From contig NC_068987.1 of the NCBI RefSeq assembly GCF_001194135.2, positions 108,331,552 through 108,395,551 on the forward strand: a stretch of DNA of 64,000 nt, read 5' to 3'. The position numbers were made by a program, and so were the translations under genes. The DNA is from Octopus bimaculoides. Its lineage: Eukaryota. The first letter of the stretch is position 1, and every line of letters starts with the position of its first letter. The notes below the pieces were generated by a model. The model saw nothing but the letters and a program-made list of their open reading frames with translations. It searched no databases and was not told the DNA's origin. This document shows positions 52,362-64,000 of this stretch, piece after piece.

Positions 52362-53994
52362 TTCTGGTCGTTTATATTTGGTTTCTTGTGAAAACTCGGA
52401 ACTAGCAATGAGTGGAGTCATATACTCAGCGGACTGAACACAGACAGAAATATCAAAATTCATAACACAAAGACGCATATATATACATGAATATGTGTGC
52501 GTGCGTGTGTGTATGTGTGCTTGTGTGTGCGTGTGCATGTATCAGTGGCGTATCTAGTAACTTGAGTCAGAACATGACATGCAATTTTTAAAATCAAGAG
52601 CATGGAATAGAACTGGAGTAGGTGTGGTACATATGACATGGAAGTATCGCCTTCCAACCTGTCTCACACGTAATGAAAAGTTTACATATTAAAACCCGAT
52701 TTGTTATTTTCATTCATTTTAGTAGCTTAGTTATGCATTCCAAGCCTTCCATCCACGGGTGAATCGTCACTGGTACGTGTGCGTGTGTGTGTTTTTCTTT
52801 TTTTTTGGGGGCGGGGTGCACGTGTATGTGTTTGTGCGAGTGTATGCACTGATATACATACGTATATGATTTCAGTTTTATTTCCTGGTGAAATGGATTA
52901 TCTTATTCAAATTAATTGATTACAAATTCATAACAAACTTATTATATGCTTGATGTTGTTTAAGCTTGATCCCTGTAAACAGCTGGAGATCACAAAAATG
53001 AAATTTCGAAATATCATTTGAAACTTTCTGTTTTGTTCTNNNNNNNNNNNNNNNNNNNNNNNNNNNNNNNNNNNNNNNNNNNNNNNNNNNNNNNNNNNNN
53101 NNNNNNNNNNNNNNNNNNNNNNNNNNNNNNNNNNNNNNNNNNNNNNNNNNNNNNNNNNNNNNNNNNNNNNNNNNNNNNNNNNNNNNNNNNNNNNNNNNNN
53201 NNNNNNNNNNNNNNNNNNNNNNNNNNNNNNNNNNNNNNNNNNNNNNNNNNNNNNNNNNNNNNNNNNNNNNNNNNNNNNNNNNNNNNNNNNNNNNNNNNNN
53301 NNNNNNNNNNNNNNNNNNNNNNNNNNNNNNNNNNNNNNNNNNNNNNNNNNNNNNNNNNNNNNNNNNNNNNNNNNNNNNNNNNNNNNNNNNNNNNNNNNNN
53401 NNNNNNNNNNNNNNNNNNNNNNNNNNNNNNNNNNNNNNNNNNNNNNNNNNNNNNNNNNNNNNNNNNNNNNNNNNNNNNNNNNNNNNNNNNNNNNNNNNNN
53501 NNNNNNNNNNNNNNNNNNNNNNNNNNNNNNNNNNNNNNNNNNNNNNNNNNNNNNNNNNNNNNNNNNNNNNNNNNNNNNNNNNNNNNNNNNNNNNNNNNNN
53601 NNNNNNNNNNNNNNNNNNNNNNNNNNNNNNNNNNNNNNNNNNNNNNNNNNNNNNNNNNNNNNNNNNNNNNNNNNNNNNNNNNNNNNNNNNNNNNNNNNNN
53701 NNNNNNNNNNNNNNNNNNNNNNNNNNNNNNNNNNNNNNNNNNNNNNNNNNNNNNNNNNNNNNNNNNNNNNNNNNNNNNNNNNNNNNNNNNNNNNNNNNNN
53801 NNNNNNNNNNNNNNNNNNNNNNNNNNNNNNNNNNNNNNNNNNNNNTATATATAGTTGAAACTTACTTGCAAATGGACGGTGCGATCGATGATATAATAAA
53901 ACACATGATATATAAGCATATGCATGTATACCTGCATCTACATGTATATATTGATGCATATTCGGGTACAGGAAGTTAGAAAAATGAACGGGAG

Positions 53995-54037
<43 letters not shown>

Positions 54038-54133
54038 GTACTTAAATTGAGGCACCTTGCCAGTTTGGTATAGTTCGTACAGCTCAAAGTTAGGTAAACA
54101 GAATGTAAATAAGTAACAAGGATGTGAGGATAT

Positions 54134-54222
54134 CAATACCTTACGGCCGTTTCAAGCGGCTCCATTTAATCGATCAATGAAAACATTACATCAATTTTAA
54201 AGAAACCGCTCCCCTCAGACGC
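54134..54222 (-). ncRNA. Degenerate hammerhead-like motif
   Basis: The minus strand reads CTGAGGG-G-AGCGG-[long imperfect hairpin]-CCGCT-T-GAAA-C-GGCC-GTA^AGG. Stem III is the palindrome ACGGCCGT. One core change and a poor stem I. Confidence 0.45.
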
Positions 54223-55606
54223 AGATGACCGTATAGATTTCCACCATTTTAAATAAATTTACATCAATACTAGAAACCAAATTAATTACATTGTGTTCTT
54301 AATTTATATCTGTAGCACAAATTCTGCCACAGATATAACAGAAGGAAACAATGCAATTATTTTGGTTTCTAGTACTGGTTAACCGCAAACTGGAACATAA
54401 CTGAGAGCCATCCTGCTATCTGCCCGGATAATGTATCTCTCTAACCACAAATAGCAATATCTAGAGCTTATAGTATTATTAATCATAAGTGAAATTTAAA
54501 ATTTAATTTACGATTATAATTGTATGTATTCCCTATTCTACGTAAACTTTATTCCTTTTCTCATGTAATGGTTTTTAATTATTAAACGGTTTCAAATCCA
54601 TTAATCCATTAAACCATAACAATGATGTTAATCTGCAAAAGTGACTTACATATTACAGTTTAAATATTTTTAATTATATTTTTTGTGTAGTATATTATTA
54701 TATGTTTATTTTCTTCCCATTAATTGATTCTTGTGCGTTTGATGTTTTATGCATTTCTTTTTGGTTGTTCTCTAAATTCGTTTCACAAAGCATTCGCAGA
54801 GCAATGTAGGTGATATCAAGCCAATATATGTATACATACATGCATATATATGTATATATATATTTAGAGAGAGAGAGACAGAGAAAGAGACAGACAGACA
54901 GACAGTTAGAGAGAGAGATGTACATACATTCACATACATAAATATATATAGGCAGTATGTGTATGCATAAACACACAAACCCACGCTCACATATATAAAT
55001 GTGCATGTGTGTGTATATACTGATATATATATCTATATACATATTTATATTTATACACACATACACACACACTCACGACTTCTGAGAGGAATTGGTCGAC
55101 GGAAACTCAAAGAAGTTCCTTGTCGTATATACAAACATACATATATGTGTGCTTGTGTGTGTGTGCGTGTGTGTGTGTGTGTGTGTGTGGTTGTGTGTGT
55201 AATATGAAATTTTAATATAATAGTCCTCCACGCCATCTACTTCCCCTTCCTTCCACTGAATCTCTTCTTCACGCTGCTACCAATCCAATGAATATGCAAA
55301 GAGAGAGCAAAATATTTTCATTTCAATATCGATGGAATTTAGGAGGGAACAGAGATCCTACGTTCCATGCCATTTCTTAGCATAATGAGCGACTTTCATT
55401 TCTTATAGCATCGGATTAATGAGTACATCGTAACGGAACGGAGACAGAACGCTGTTGCATAGTTATTTCCATTGTTCAAAGGTTGAGGCTGCTAGAGAAT
55501 TACGGTAGATGTACACCTGACGGTGGAATACTCAAACAAAAGTACGATGCTCAGCAGTCAACCCATCCGTTTGATACTAGCATACACACGCAACTACATC
55601 CACACT

Positions 55607-55652
<46 letters not shown>

Positions 55653-56389
55653 TACATTTATATGCATATACAAAAATATATTTAAACTTAGATATGTTTC
55701 GACCAAAGATTAGTCTTGGCCATATCTAACTTAATAGCACCACCTGATAAAAAAAANNNNNNNNNNNNNNNNNNNNNNNNNNNNNNNNNNNNNNNNNNNN
55801 NNNNNNNNNNNNNNNNNNNNNNNNNNNNNNNNNNNNNNNNNNNNNNNNNNNNNNNNNNNNNNNNNNNNNNNNNNNNNNNNNNNNNNNNNNNNNNNNNNNN
55901 NNNNNNNNNNNNNNNNNNNNNNNNNNNNNNNNNNNNNNNNNNNNNNNNNNNNNNNNNNNNNNNNNNNNNNNNNNNNNNNNNNNNNNNNNNNNNNNNNNNN
56001 NNNNNNNNNNNNNNNNNNNNNNNNNNNNNNNNNNNNNNNNNNNNNNNNNNNNNNNNNNNNNNNNNNNNNNNNNNNNNNNNNNNNNNNNNNNNNNNNNNNN
56101 NNNNNNNNNNNNNNNNNNNNNNNNNNNNNNNNNNNNNNNNNNNNNNNNNNNNNNNNNNNNNNNNNNNNNNNNNNNNNNNNNNNNNNNNNNNNNNNNNNNN
56201 NNNNNNNNNNNNNNNNNNNNNNNNNNNNNNNNNNNNNNNNNNNNNNNNNNNNNNNNNNNNNNNNNNNNNNNNNNNNNNNNNNNNNNNNNNNNNNNNNNNN
56301 NNNNNNNNNNNNNNNNNNNNNNNNNNNNATATATGTATGTATTTATGTATTAACGCTTGATTTTATTCGAAGTTATATTTTCAAATTTT

Positions 56390-56690
56390 AGCACAGGGCC
56401 AGCAGTTTTTGAGGAGATAAAGTTGATTATGTCGACACCAGTGTATAACTGGTACTTATTTTATCGACACCGAAAGGCTGAAATACTGAGTGGAATCTGA
56501 GCCCAGAAAGTAAAGAGTGACGAAGAGCTGCTAAAGATTTTACCCGATCTGCTGACGATCGTGCCAGCTCACCACCTTATTTTAAGCTATAAAGGATTAA
56601 AATTTGAGCACAAGGCCAGCAATTTCGGGAGAGAGGAAAGCCGATCACATCCACGCCAGTGATCAACTGGTAGCTATTTTATCAACGCCT
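56390..56690 (-). mobile_element. SINE family C monomer plus fragment, diverged
   Basis: GCACAGGGCCAGCAG...ACTGGTACTTATTTTATCGAC...GCCAGCTCACCACCT, followed by a second GCACAAGGCCAGCAATTTC. Confidence 0.6.
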
Positions 56691-57024
56691 GAAAAATACA
56701 AGACATAAACAAGTAAACTTATGTAAACATGTGTTTATATGTATATTTGTAAATATACGTAAACATATGTGTATCTATCTAACTCTCTATCTGTTTGCCT
56801 GTCTATCTGTGTGTATGAGTGTGTGTGTGTGTGTGTGTGTGCTGAGTGGATATGTTAAATTACCTTCTTCGAAAATATAAAGACACAGATGGTGTGTCGT
56901 AGAGCCAGCTGAAAACGATGTTTGCTGGGGCTAAATAACAGTAACATCCGTCCTAAACCAGGGCTACCACGTTATGTTGGCAAATGATCTTTACGATATA
57001 TATATATAAATTTACATATCTGTA

Positions 57025-57064
<40 letters not shown>

Positions 57065-57894
57065 CATCTATCTACCTATCTATCTATCTATCTGTCTGTC
57101 TGTCTGTCTATCTATCTATATATATATCTATATATCTATATNNNNNNNNNNNNNNNNNNNNNNNNNNNNNNNNNNNNNNNNNNNNNNNNNNNNNNNNNNN
57201 NNNNNNNNNNNNNNNNNNNNNNNNNNNNNNNNNNNNNNNNNNNNNNNNNNNNNNNNNNNNNNNNNNNNNNNNNNNNNNNNNNNNNNNNNNNNNNNNNNNN
57301 NNNNNNNNNNNNNNNNNNNNNNNNNNNNNNNNNNNNNNNNNNNNNNNNNNNNTATATATACATACATATCAAAAGAAGCAGGGAGAGAGAGAGAGTAAGA
57401 AAGAGAGACAGAGACAGATATAGTCGTTGATAGGTTTACAGTCGCGTAGGAAAAACCGTCGTACGGAAATCAGTCACGGATTATATACTTTGAGTTCAAA
57501 AGCCTTGCAATTCAAATTTTTACCTTCCTTCGAATGTCAGTAGAATAAATGCCAATGAAATACCGTTGACTATTTTATCGATCAAACACTCCCTGCCTGA
57601 AAGTTTTTTCCCTTGACGGCATTGGTTCATGGACAGCTTAAATGTCTAATTGTATGTTGTAGCATCAGTTTTATAATCTGGTTCCAATCCCACGTTGATC
57701 GATTTATTTTTATATTATTACGGGCATAGATAAAATTGTTTCTGGTTAACCAGTTGAAATGGTATGTAATTTCTTCCAAAATTTGTGACCTTTTCAGTTA
57801 TGTTTGAAATCATTAACTATATTTCAACAGTGTATGTAATATAAATATTGGCATTATTTGACGGACACGCTGGTTATATTATTGTCGTTAAAAT

Positions 57895-58215
57895 CTGTTG
57901 ATGATGACGATAATGATAATGATGATGATGATGATGATGACCACGATGACCACGACCACGACCACCGGGATGATGATGATGATGATGATGATGATGGTGG
58001 TAGTGGTGGTGATGATGATGATGCCGCTGAGGATCACGGCGATTATGACAATAAAGCTGATGCTGATTGTTTGAGTTTGGCCTCGGTGTTGGTGGTTGTG
58101 GATGACATTGTTGCTGCTACTGATGTTGCTGCTGCTGTTGTTCTCAATGCAGATGATGATGATGATGATGATGACGACGACGACGACGACGCCGGCGATA
58201 ATGAATGGTAATGGC

Positions 58216-58255
<40 letters not shown>

Positions 58256-58560
58256 GTGAGTATGATGATGAGGATGGTAATGATAATATTGTTTTCTAAG
58301 GCTGCATATAGTGAAAGTAATTGCTGCGATAGTGATGATCATGATCAAGATGGTGGTGGTGACGATTAAATGTTCGCCGTTTAATTTAAATCTCGTGCCC
58401 AGAGAATTTTACACGGTCACTATCGCTCCCGCTACCACCACCACCACCACCATCACACCCACTACCACAACCCCTATCACCACCACCACCATCACCACTA
58501 CCGCCATCACCTCCACCATCATCACCTCCACCACCACTACCATCACTTCAATCTCTCGTA
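57895..58560. repeat. Compound trinucleotide repeat region: (GAT)n, (GAC)n, (GCT)n, (ACC)n
   Basis: Directly visible. Confidence 0.9.
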
Positions 58561-60202
58561 AATTTCTTTAAAACTCTTCACATACACACATACATATCTA
58601 CACATATGGACGCACACACATCCACACAGATATTCATTACACACTTAATTAAATCCAGGCATATAAATACATATTAAAACGTACATTCAAACTGTGAGAT
58701 ACACAGGCAGCGCCATCTTCACGCAGCACTATCTTTCTGCACATGTTAGCATTTCATTATTAACGATAACCTTAATATCAGCTTAATGACGTCACAGTGT
58801 GTGCATACGTGTGTTTATGCGAGTTATAATTTATACTTTACATGTATATGAGTATACGTATGTGCATGAGCGGAGAAGTGGGTAGATTAGGGGGTTTATT
58901 TCTATTAACCTTGGAAACGTAGATATGTGTGGCTGTGTAAAATTTATATGCACAAATACGAGTACATACGCACACGTACACATACATATGTATACACACA
59001 CACTCACATACACATACACACCTTACAAACAGTTATGCACACTCACACAAACACACACACGTAGAGAAACACACACATATATACATATATACATTCATAT
59101 ATACGTGTGTGTATGTGTGTGTGCATTTATCTACACATACATACACACATACATAAGTATATAAGTATATAAGTGTGTAAGTACATATATGTGCCTATGT
59201 GTATTAATTCATATGCATTTATACACTTATATGTATATACATACATATGTATCTATATATGTATATACATGTATATTATATATATNNNNNNNNNNNNNNN
59301 NNNNNNNNNNNNNNNNNNNNNNNNNNNNNNNNNNNNNNNNNNNNNNNNNNNNNNNNNNNNNNNNNNNNNNNNNNNNNNNNNNNNNNNNNNNNNNNNNNNN
59401 NNNNNNNNNNNNNNNNNNNNNNNNNNNNNNNNNNNNNNNNNNNNNNNNNNNNNNNNNNNNNNNNNNNNNNNNNNNNNNNNNNNNNNNNNNNNNNNNNNNN
59501 NNNNNNNNNNNNNNNNNNNNNNNNNNNNNNNNNNNNNNNNNNNNNNNNNNNNNNNNNNNNNNNNNNNNNNNNNNNNNNNNNNNNNNNNNNNNNNNNNNNN
59601 NNNNNNNNNNNNNNNNNNNNNNNNNNNNNNNNNNNNNNNNNNNNNNNNNNNNNNNNNNNNNNNNNNNNNNNNNNNNNNNNNNNNNNNNNNNNNNNNNNNN
59701 NNNNNNNNNNNNNNNNNNNNNNNNNNNNNNNNNNNNNNNNNNNNNNNNNNNNNNNNNNNNNNNNNNNNNNNNNNNNNNNNNNNNNNNNNNNNNNNNNNNN
59801 NNNNNNNNNNNNNNNNNNNNNNNNNNNNNNNNNNNNNNNNNNNNNNNNNNNNNNNNNNNNNNNNNNNNNNNNNNNNNNNNNNNNNNNNNNNNNNNNNNNN
59901 NNNNNNNNNNNNNNNNNNNNNNNNNNNNNNNNNNNNNNNNNNNNNNNNNNNNNNNNNNNNNNNNNNNNNNNNNNNNNNNNNNNNNNNNNNNNNNNNNNNN
60001 NNNNNNNNNNNNNNNNNNNNNNNNNNNNNNNNNNNNNNNNNNNNNNNNNNNNNNNNNNNNNNNNNNNNNNNNNNNNNNNNNNNNNNNNNNNNNNNNNNNN
60101 NNNNNNNNNNNNNNNNNNNNNNNNNNNNNNNNNNNNNNNNNNNNNNNNNNNNNNNNNNNNNNNNNNNNNNNNNNNNNNNNNNNNNNNNNNNNNNNNNNNN
60201 NN

Positions 60203-60252
<50 letters not shown>

Positions 60253-60294
60253 AATTAATAAAAACAGCTGTTTGCAATGTTATACCGTAAAAAA

Positions 60295-60905
60295 ATGTTA
60301 GTCGTTAAGTAAATTTGAGTAAGGGTGAGAATAGAACCTACAATGATAGAAATAGGAGCTAAAACGCTCCACTGCTTTTACAAACCACATAACATGTACT
60401 CTTATAGGGGCTGCAATCGCCCAGAAAACCGAAACGAGAAATCCTTAGTCTGACCGACCAGTTTCTAAGGAATTCTCAGTTCCCTGTTCTGGGTGATCGC
60501 AGCCCCAATCAGAATATGTGTTATGTGTTTTGTAACAGCATTGAAACATTTTAGCTCCAATTTCTGGGAATGCAGATATTATTCACACTCTTAATCAAGT
60601 TTAGTTGACGACTATAATTTTCAGCGATGTGCTACATCATCCATAAATTATTATGGTGAATATATATCCTCTGATAGGCGAGTTACTCCGGTATCAATCG
60701 AAGGAGCTGGACTTACTGAAGATGGCTGCGGAAAGAGCCGAAACTGGCTGGTCAGTGTAAGGATTTCTTGATTCGGTGTTCGGGGCAATTGCAGCCCCTA
60801 TCAGAATATGTGTTATGTGCTTCGTAATATCATTGGCGCATTTTAGCTCCAATTAAAGTAATGAAGGTGCTATTCACAACCTTAGTGTAGTTGATGATTA
60901 TAGTA
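60295..60905. repeat. Three-unit repeat (one inverted, two direct) carrying a hammerhead-like motif; Penelope pLTR-like
   Basis: The unit ...GCAGCCCC.ATCAGAATATGTGTTATGTG...TTTTAGCTCC... occurs inverted at about 60300-60465 and direct at about 60486-60620 and 60740-60905. Confidence 0.75.
60711..60762 (+). ncRNA. Candidate minimal type I hammerhead ribozyme
   Basis: CTGAAGA-T-GGCT-GCGGAAAG-AGCC-GAAA-C-TGGCTG-GTC^AGTGTAAG. The core and 4-bp stem II are intact, but stem I is out of register. Confidence 0.55.
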
Positions 60906-61094
60906 TATGTATGTATGTATACATATATANNNNNNNNNNNNNNNNNNNNNNNNNNNNNNNNNNNNNNNNNNNNNNNNNNNNNNNNNNNNNNNNNNNNNNN
61001 NNNNNNNNNNNNNNNNNNNNNNNNNNNNNNNNNNNNNNNNNNNNNNNNNNATATATATATATATATATACACACACATAAATAGAGAAGGGTGA

Positions 61095-61720
61095 CAGGGG
61101 GATTGAGATACACAATTTAAGCGTAATAACCGCCCCCAGCGTCCACTACGACCTGAAGACGGCTCCGGAATCTGGCATATATATTCCTCATTGTGCCTCT
61201 TGGAAGGATCTTCACACACCTTCTTGATCTTGGTCATAAGGTCGGGCATGATGCTTCAGATAGAGCAGTTGGTGACTTGTGCAGCCGTGTCCTACACATA
61301 CGATTACAACCACTGCAATTATCAAGCCAGAAATTGGGGCTGCTGTCGTCGTAGAAATTCTGACAACCACTTCTGACTCTTTCTAGGGTTATGACAAGGA
61401 TCTGAATCCTGCTGCCTCACATATGACCTTCTAGCTGCAACCCTCTCCAGTAAAGGCTTGACTAGAAGCTCCGGCAGTCTGCATAGCTATCTGAATTGAG
61501 CCTAAGGCCTTGTCTTGCAGTTGTTCGATGAAATGCTACAGAACGCCTCCTGTATCCTTTTTCGCTGACCACAGCTTCGTAGTCCGTTGCATTACGTAAC
61601 AACTACGAGGAAGATTATTTTGTTCGGTTACATCTTCGGCAATGGATGGGGAAACTATCGGTTCGTGCGACCGAGTCGTCCACTAGTACTTGTATCATAA
61701 ACGATGAATTTATCCTGAAT
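61095..61720 (-). mobile_element. Second maT-like transposon remnant (C-terminal half plus TIR)
   Basis: The minus strand gives GLRLNSDSY, RVAARRSYVRQQDSDPCHNPRKSQKWLSE, MPDLMTKIKKV and a GGGYYA-stop ending. The terminal CAGGGGGATTGAGATAC starts at 61095. Confidence 0.75.
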
Positions 61721-61859
61721 TTGTATGTCAAGAAGCGTATCTTTATATAACTTCTATCATTTCTCTTCTATAAAGGTTTTCTAACATATTCAAAAGCCCA
61801 CATATCTTACTGGGAAAAGGAAGGACCCGAATGCTTTTCAACATTGGACAAAGCTATTT

Positions 61860-62035
61860 TAGTGAAGGTAGCTAGTCAATTACGTTGACCTCAGTACCTA
61901 AATATTTTATCGACCCTGAAAGGATGAGATGCAGATTTGGCACTGGAAAAGGATTTGATCTCAGAACGTAAAGACCTAGAAGAAACGCCTCTAAACATTT
62001 TGCACGGCACTCTAACGATATTGACGTCCACCGTT
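61860..62035 (-). mobile_element. SINE family C, diverged
   Basis: TTTTATCGACCCTGAAAGGATGA...GATCTCAGAACGTAAAG. Confidence 0.55.
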
Positions 62036-63294
62036 TTGAGAAAAGCAATAATATGAAGGCAATAATTATGACAGGAATTAAAAATCAATTAGAAAATAAA
62101 CCAAATAATTATCAGGGACTTTGGGACTGTAGAAACTCAACTAGGCAGACCTCTATCACAGTATATGATTCCCATCCAGACATGAAGCTTTAAACAAGAA
62201 GCAATAATTTACGATCAAAAAAATCTTACAAAATAAGCTAAACGGTTTTAATGGCGGATGTTATCTGACTGAAAAATAAGTAAGTCGAATTGTCTCTGTT
62301 GCTATGCTCAGAATATTGTCACACCTACAGAATCGTCAAATAATAGTTGTATTTTTGTTTTGTTTCCTTAAACATTATCATTTATTTAATTGGTGCTTCC
62401 ATATCTTTGACTTTTCGTATTTTTTATTGTATTTTGTTGGTATTTTATGACATTTTGCTGGGTTTTTTTTGTAAATGCTGTTCCTATATTTGTTCGTTTA
62501 CCGCTGAAATCTTTTTAATATTTTTTTTTTATTATTATATGCATACATGCGTCTATCACGCCTTATAACCAATTCTACTTATACTGTATTCGTCTCCTTT
62601 TAAATTTTTACTTTGGATTTCTCTTGTTTTTTTCTCTTTCACTGTTTCCCGTATTTTTATTTACTTTCGATCAAATATTTTTAGCCACATAAATCGGTAG
62701 AGGAGAAAGACATTGATGATACTGTTCATGATGTCGGCAACAACGNNNNNNNNNNNNNNNNNNNNNNNNNNNNNNNNNNNNNNNNNNNNNNNNNNNNNNN
62801 NNNNNNNNNNNNNNNNNNNNNNNNNNNNNNNNNNNNNNNNNNNNNNNNNNNNNNNNNNNNNNNNNNNNNNNNNNNNNNNNNNNNNNNNNNNNNNNNNNNN
62901 NNNNNNNNNNNNNNNNNNNNNNNNNNNNNNNNNNNNNNNNNNNNNNNNNNNNNNNNNNNNNNNNNNNNNNNNNNNNNNNNNNNNNNNNNNNNNNNNNNNN
63001 NNNNNNNNNNNNNNNNNNNNNNNNNNNNNNNNNNNNNNNNNNNNNNNNNNNNNNNNNNNNNNNNNNNNNNNNNNNNNNNNNNNNNNNNNNNNNNNNNNNN
63101 NNNNNNNNNNNNNNNNNNNNNNNNNNNNNNNNNNNNNNNNNNNNNNNNNNNNNNNNNNNNNNNNNNNNNNNNNNNNNNNNNNNNNNNNNNNNNNNNNNNN
63201 NNNNNNNNNNNNNNNNNNNNNNNNNNNNNNNNNNNNNNNNNNNNNNNNNNNNNNNNNAAAAAAAGACACCATAACATTATGTAATGACGATTAT

Positions 63295-63370
<76 letters not shown>

Positions 63371-63409
63371 GCAATAATAATAATGATAATAATAATCATA
63401 ATCATAATC

Positions 63410-63480
<71 letters not shown>

Positions 63481-63664
63481 GATGATGATGATGATACGAC
63501 GATCATGCTAATAATAATAATAATAATACGAGAGATCTCAGTTTGATACGATCGACTTTCTGAATATCAAAATATCAGTTGTCGTGATAAGATATACTGT
63601 GTAAGTATATTTCTGAGTGTGTGTGTGTGTGTGTGTGTGTGTGTCTATGTCTGTGTGTGTGTGC

Positions 63665-63701
<37 letters not shown>

Positions 63702-63946
63702 CAGAAACAGAGAGGAGTATAAGAAATATTTCTTTTTGTTTGTTCTGATATAAAATATCCATGCCGTGTCAAATAAAGCATTTCAACTTCATACACACAC
63801 ACACATACTACACACACATATATCTATCTATCTATCTATATATATATATATATACGTGTGTATGTAAGAATATCTATATACTCACATGCATGTATAAAGG
63901 CATACATATACATATATAAATGTATCTATGTTTTGTATGTATATGT

Positions 63947-64000
<54 letters not shown>

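Noticed and set aside
63545-63582. Minus-strand CTGATAT...GAAAGTCGATCGTA
   Set aside because: The core is wrong and the stem III base pair 15.2-16.2 is G.G.
1-64000. CRISPR array, rRNA or prokaryotic/viral system
   Set aside because: There is no repeat-spacer periodicity, no rRNA-like segment and no gene-dense region. The window is eukaryotic repeat-rich DNA.

Overview
AT-rich eukaryotic genomic DNA with many scaffold gaps, almost entirely repeats. The tRNA-derived SINEs and the extreme microsatellite load resemble Octopus or another coleoid cephalopod (inference from recalled repeat families, not a search). I cannot support any intact protein-coding gene. Most ORFs in the supplied track are microsatellite or N-gap artefacts. 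Contents: (i) about 30 copies of at least 4 tRNA-derived SINE families, including a dimeric form that amplified as a unit; (ii) decayed transposon coding fragments (a Tc1-like DD36E transposase, two maT-like transposases, an RTE LINE 3' end, a Penelope-like RT, a possible restriction-like-endonuclease LINE end, a possible Tigger/pogo N-terminus); (iii) at least five fold-back or MITE-like inverted-repeat elements; (iv) several minimal type I hammerhead-ribozyme-like motifs of the Penelope/retrozyme kind. The best is at 34294-34358, and one sits inside an inverted-plus-tandem repeat at 60.3-60.9 kb. These motifs are the most notable signal in the window. A few weak candidate exons exist. SINE boundaries are approximate, within about 10-20 nt.
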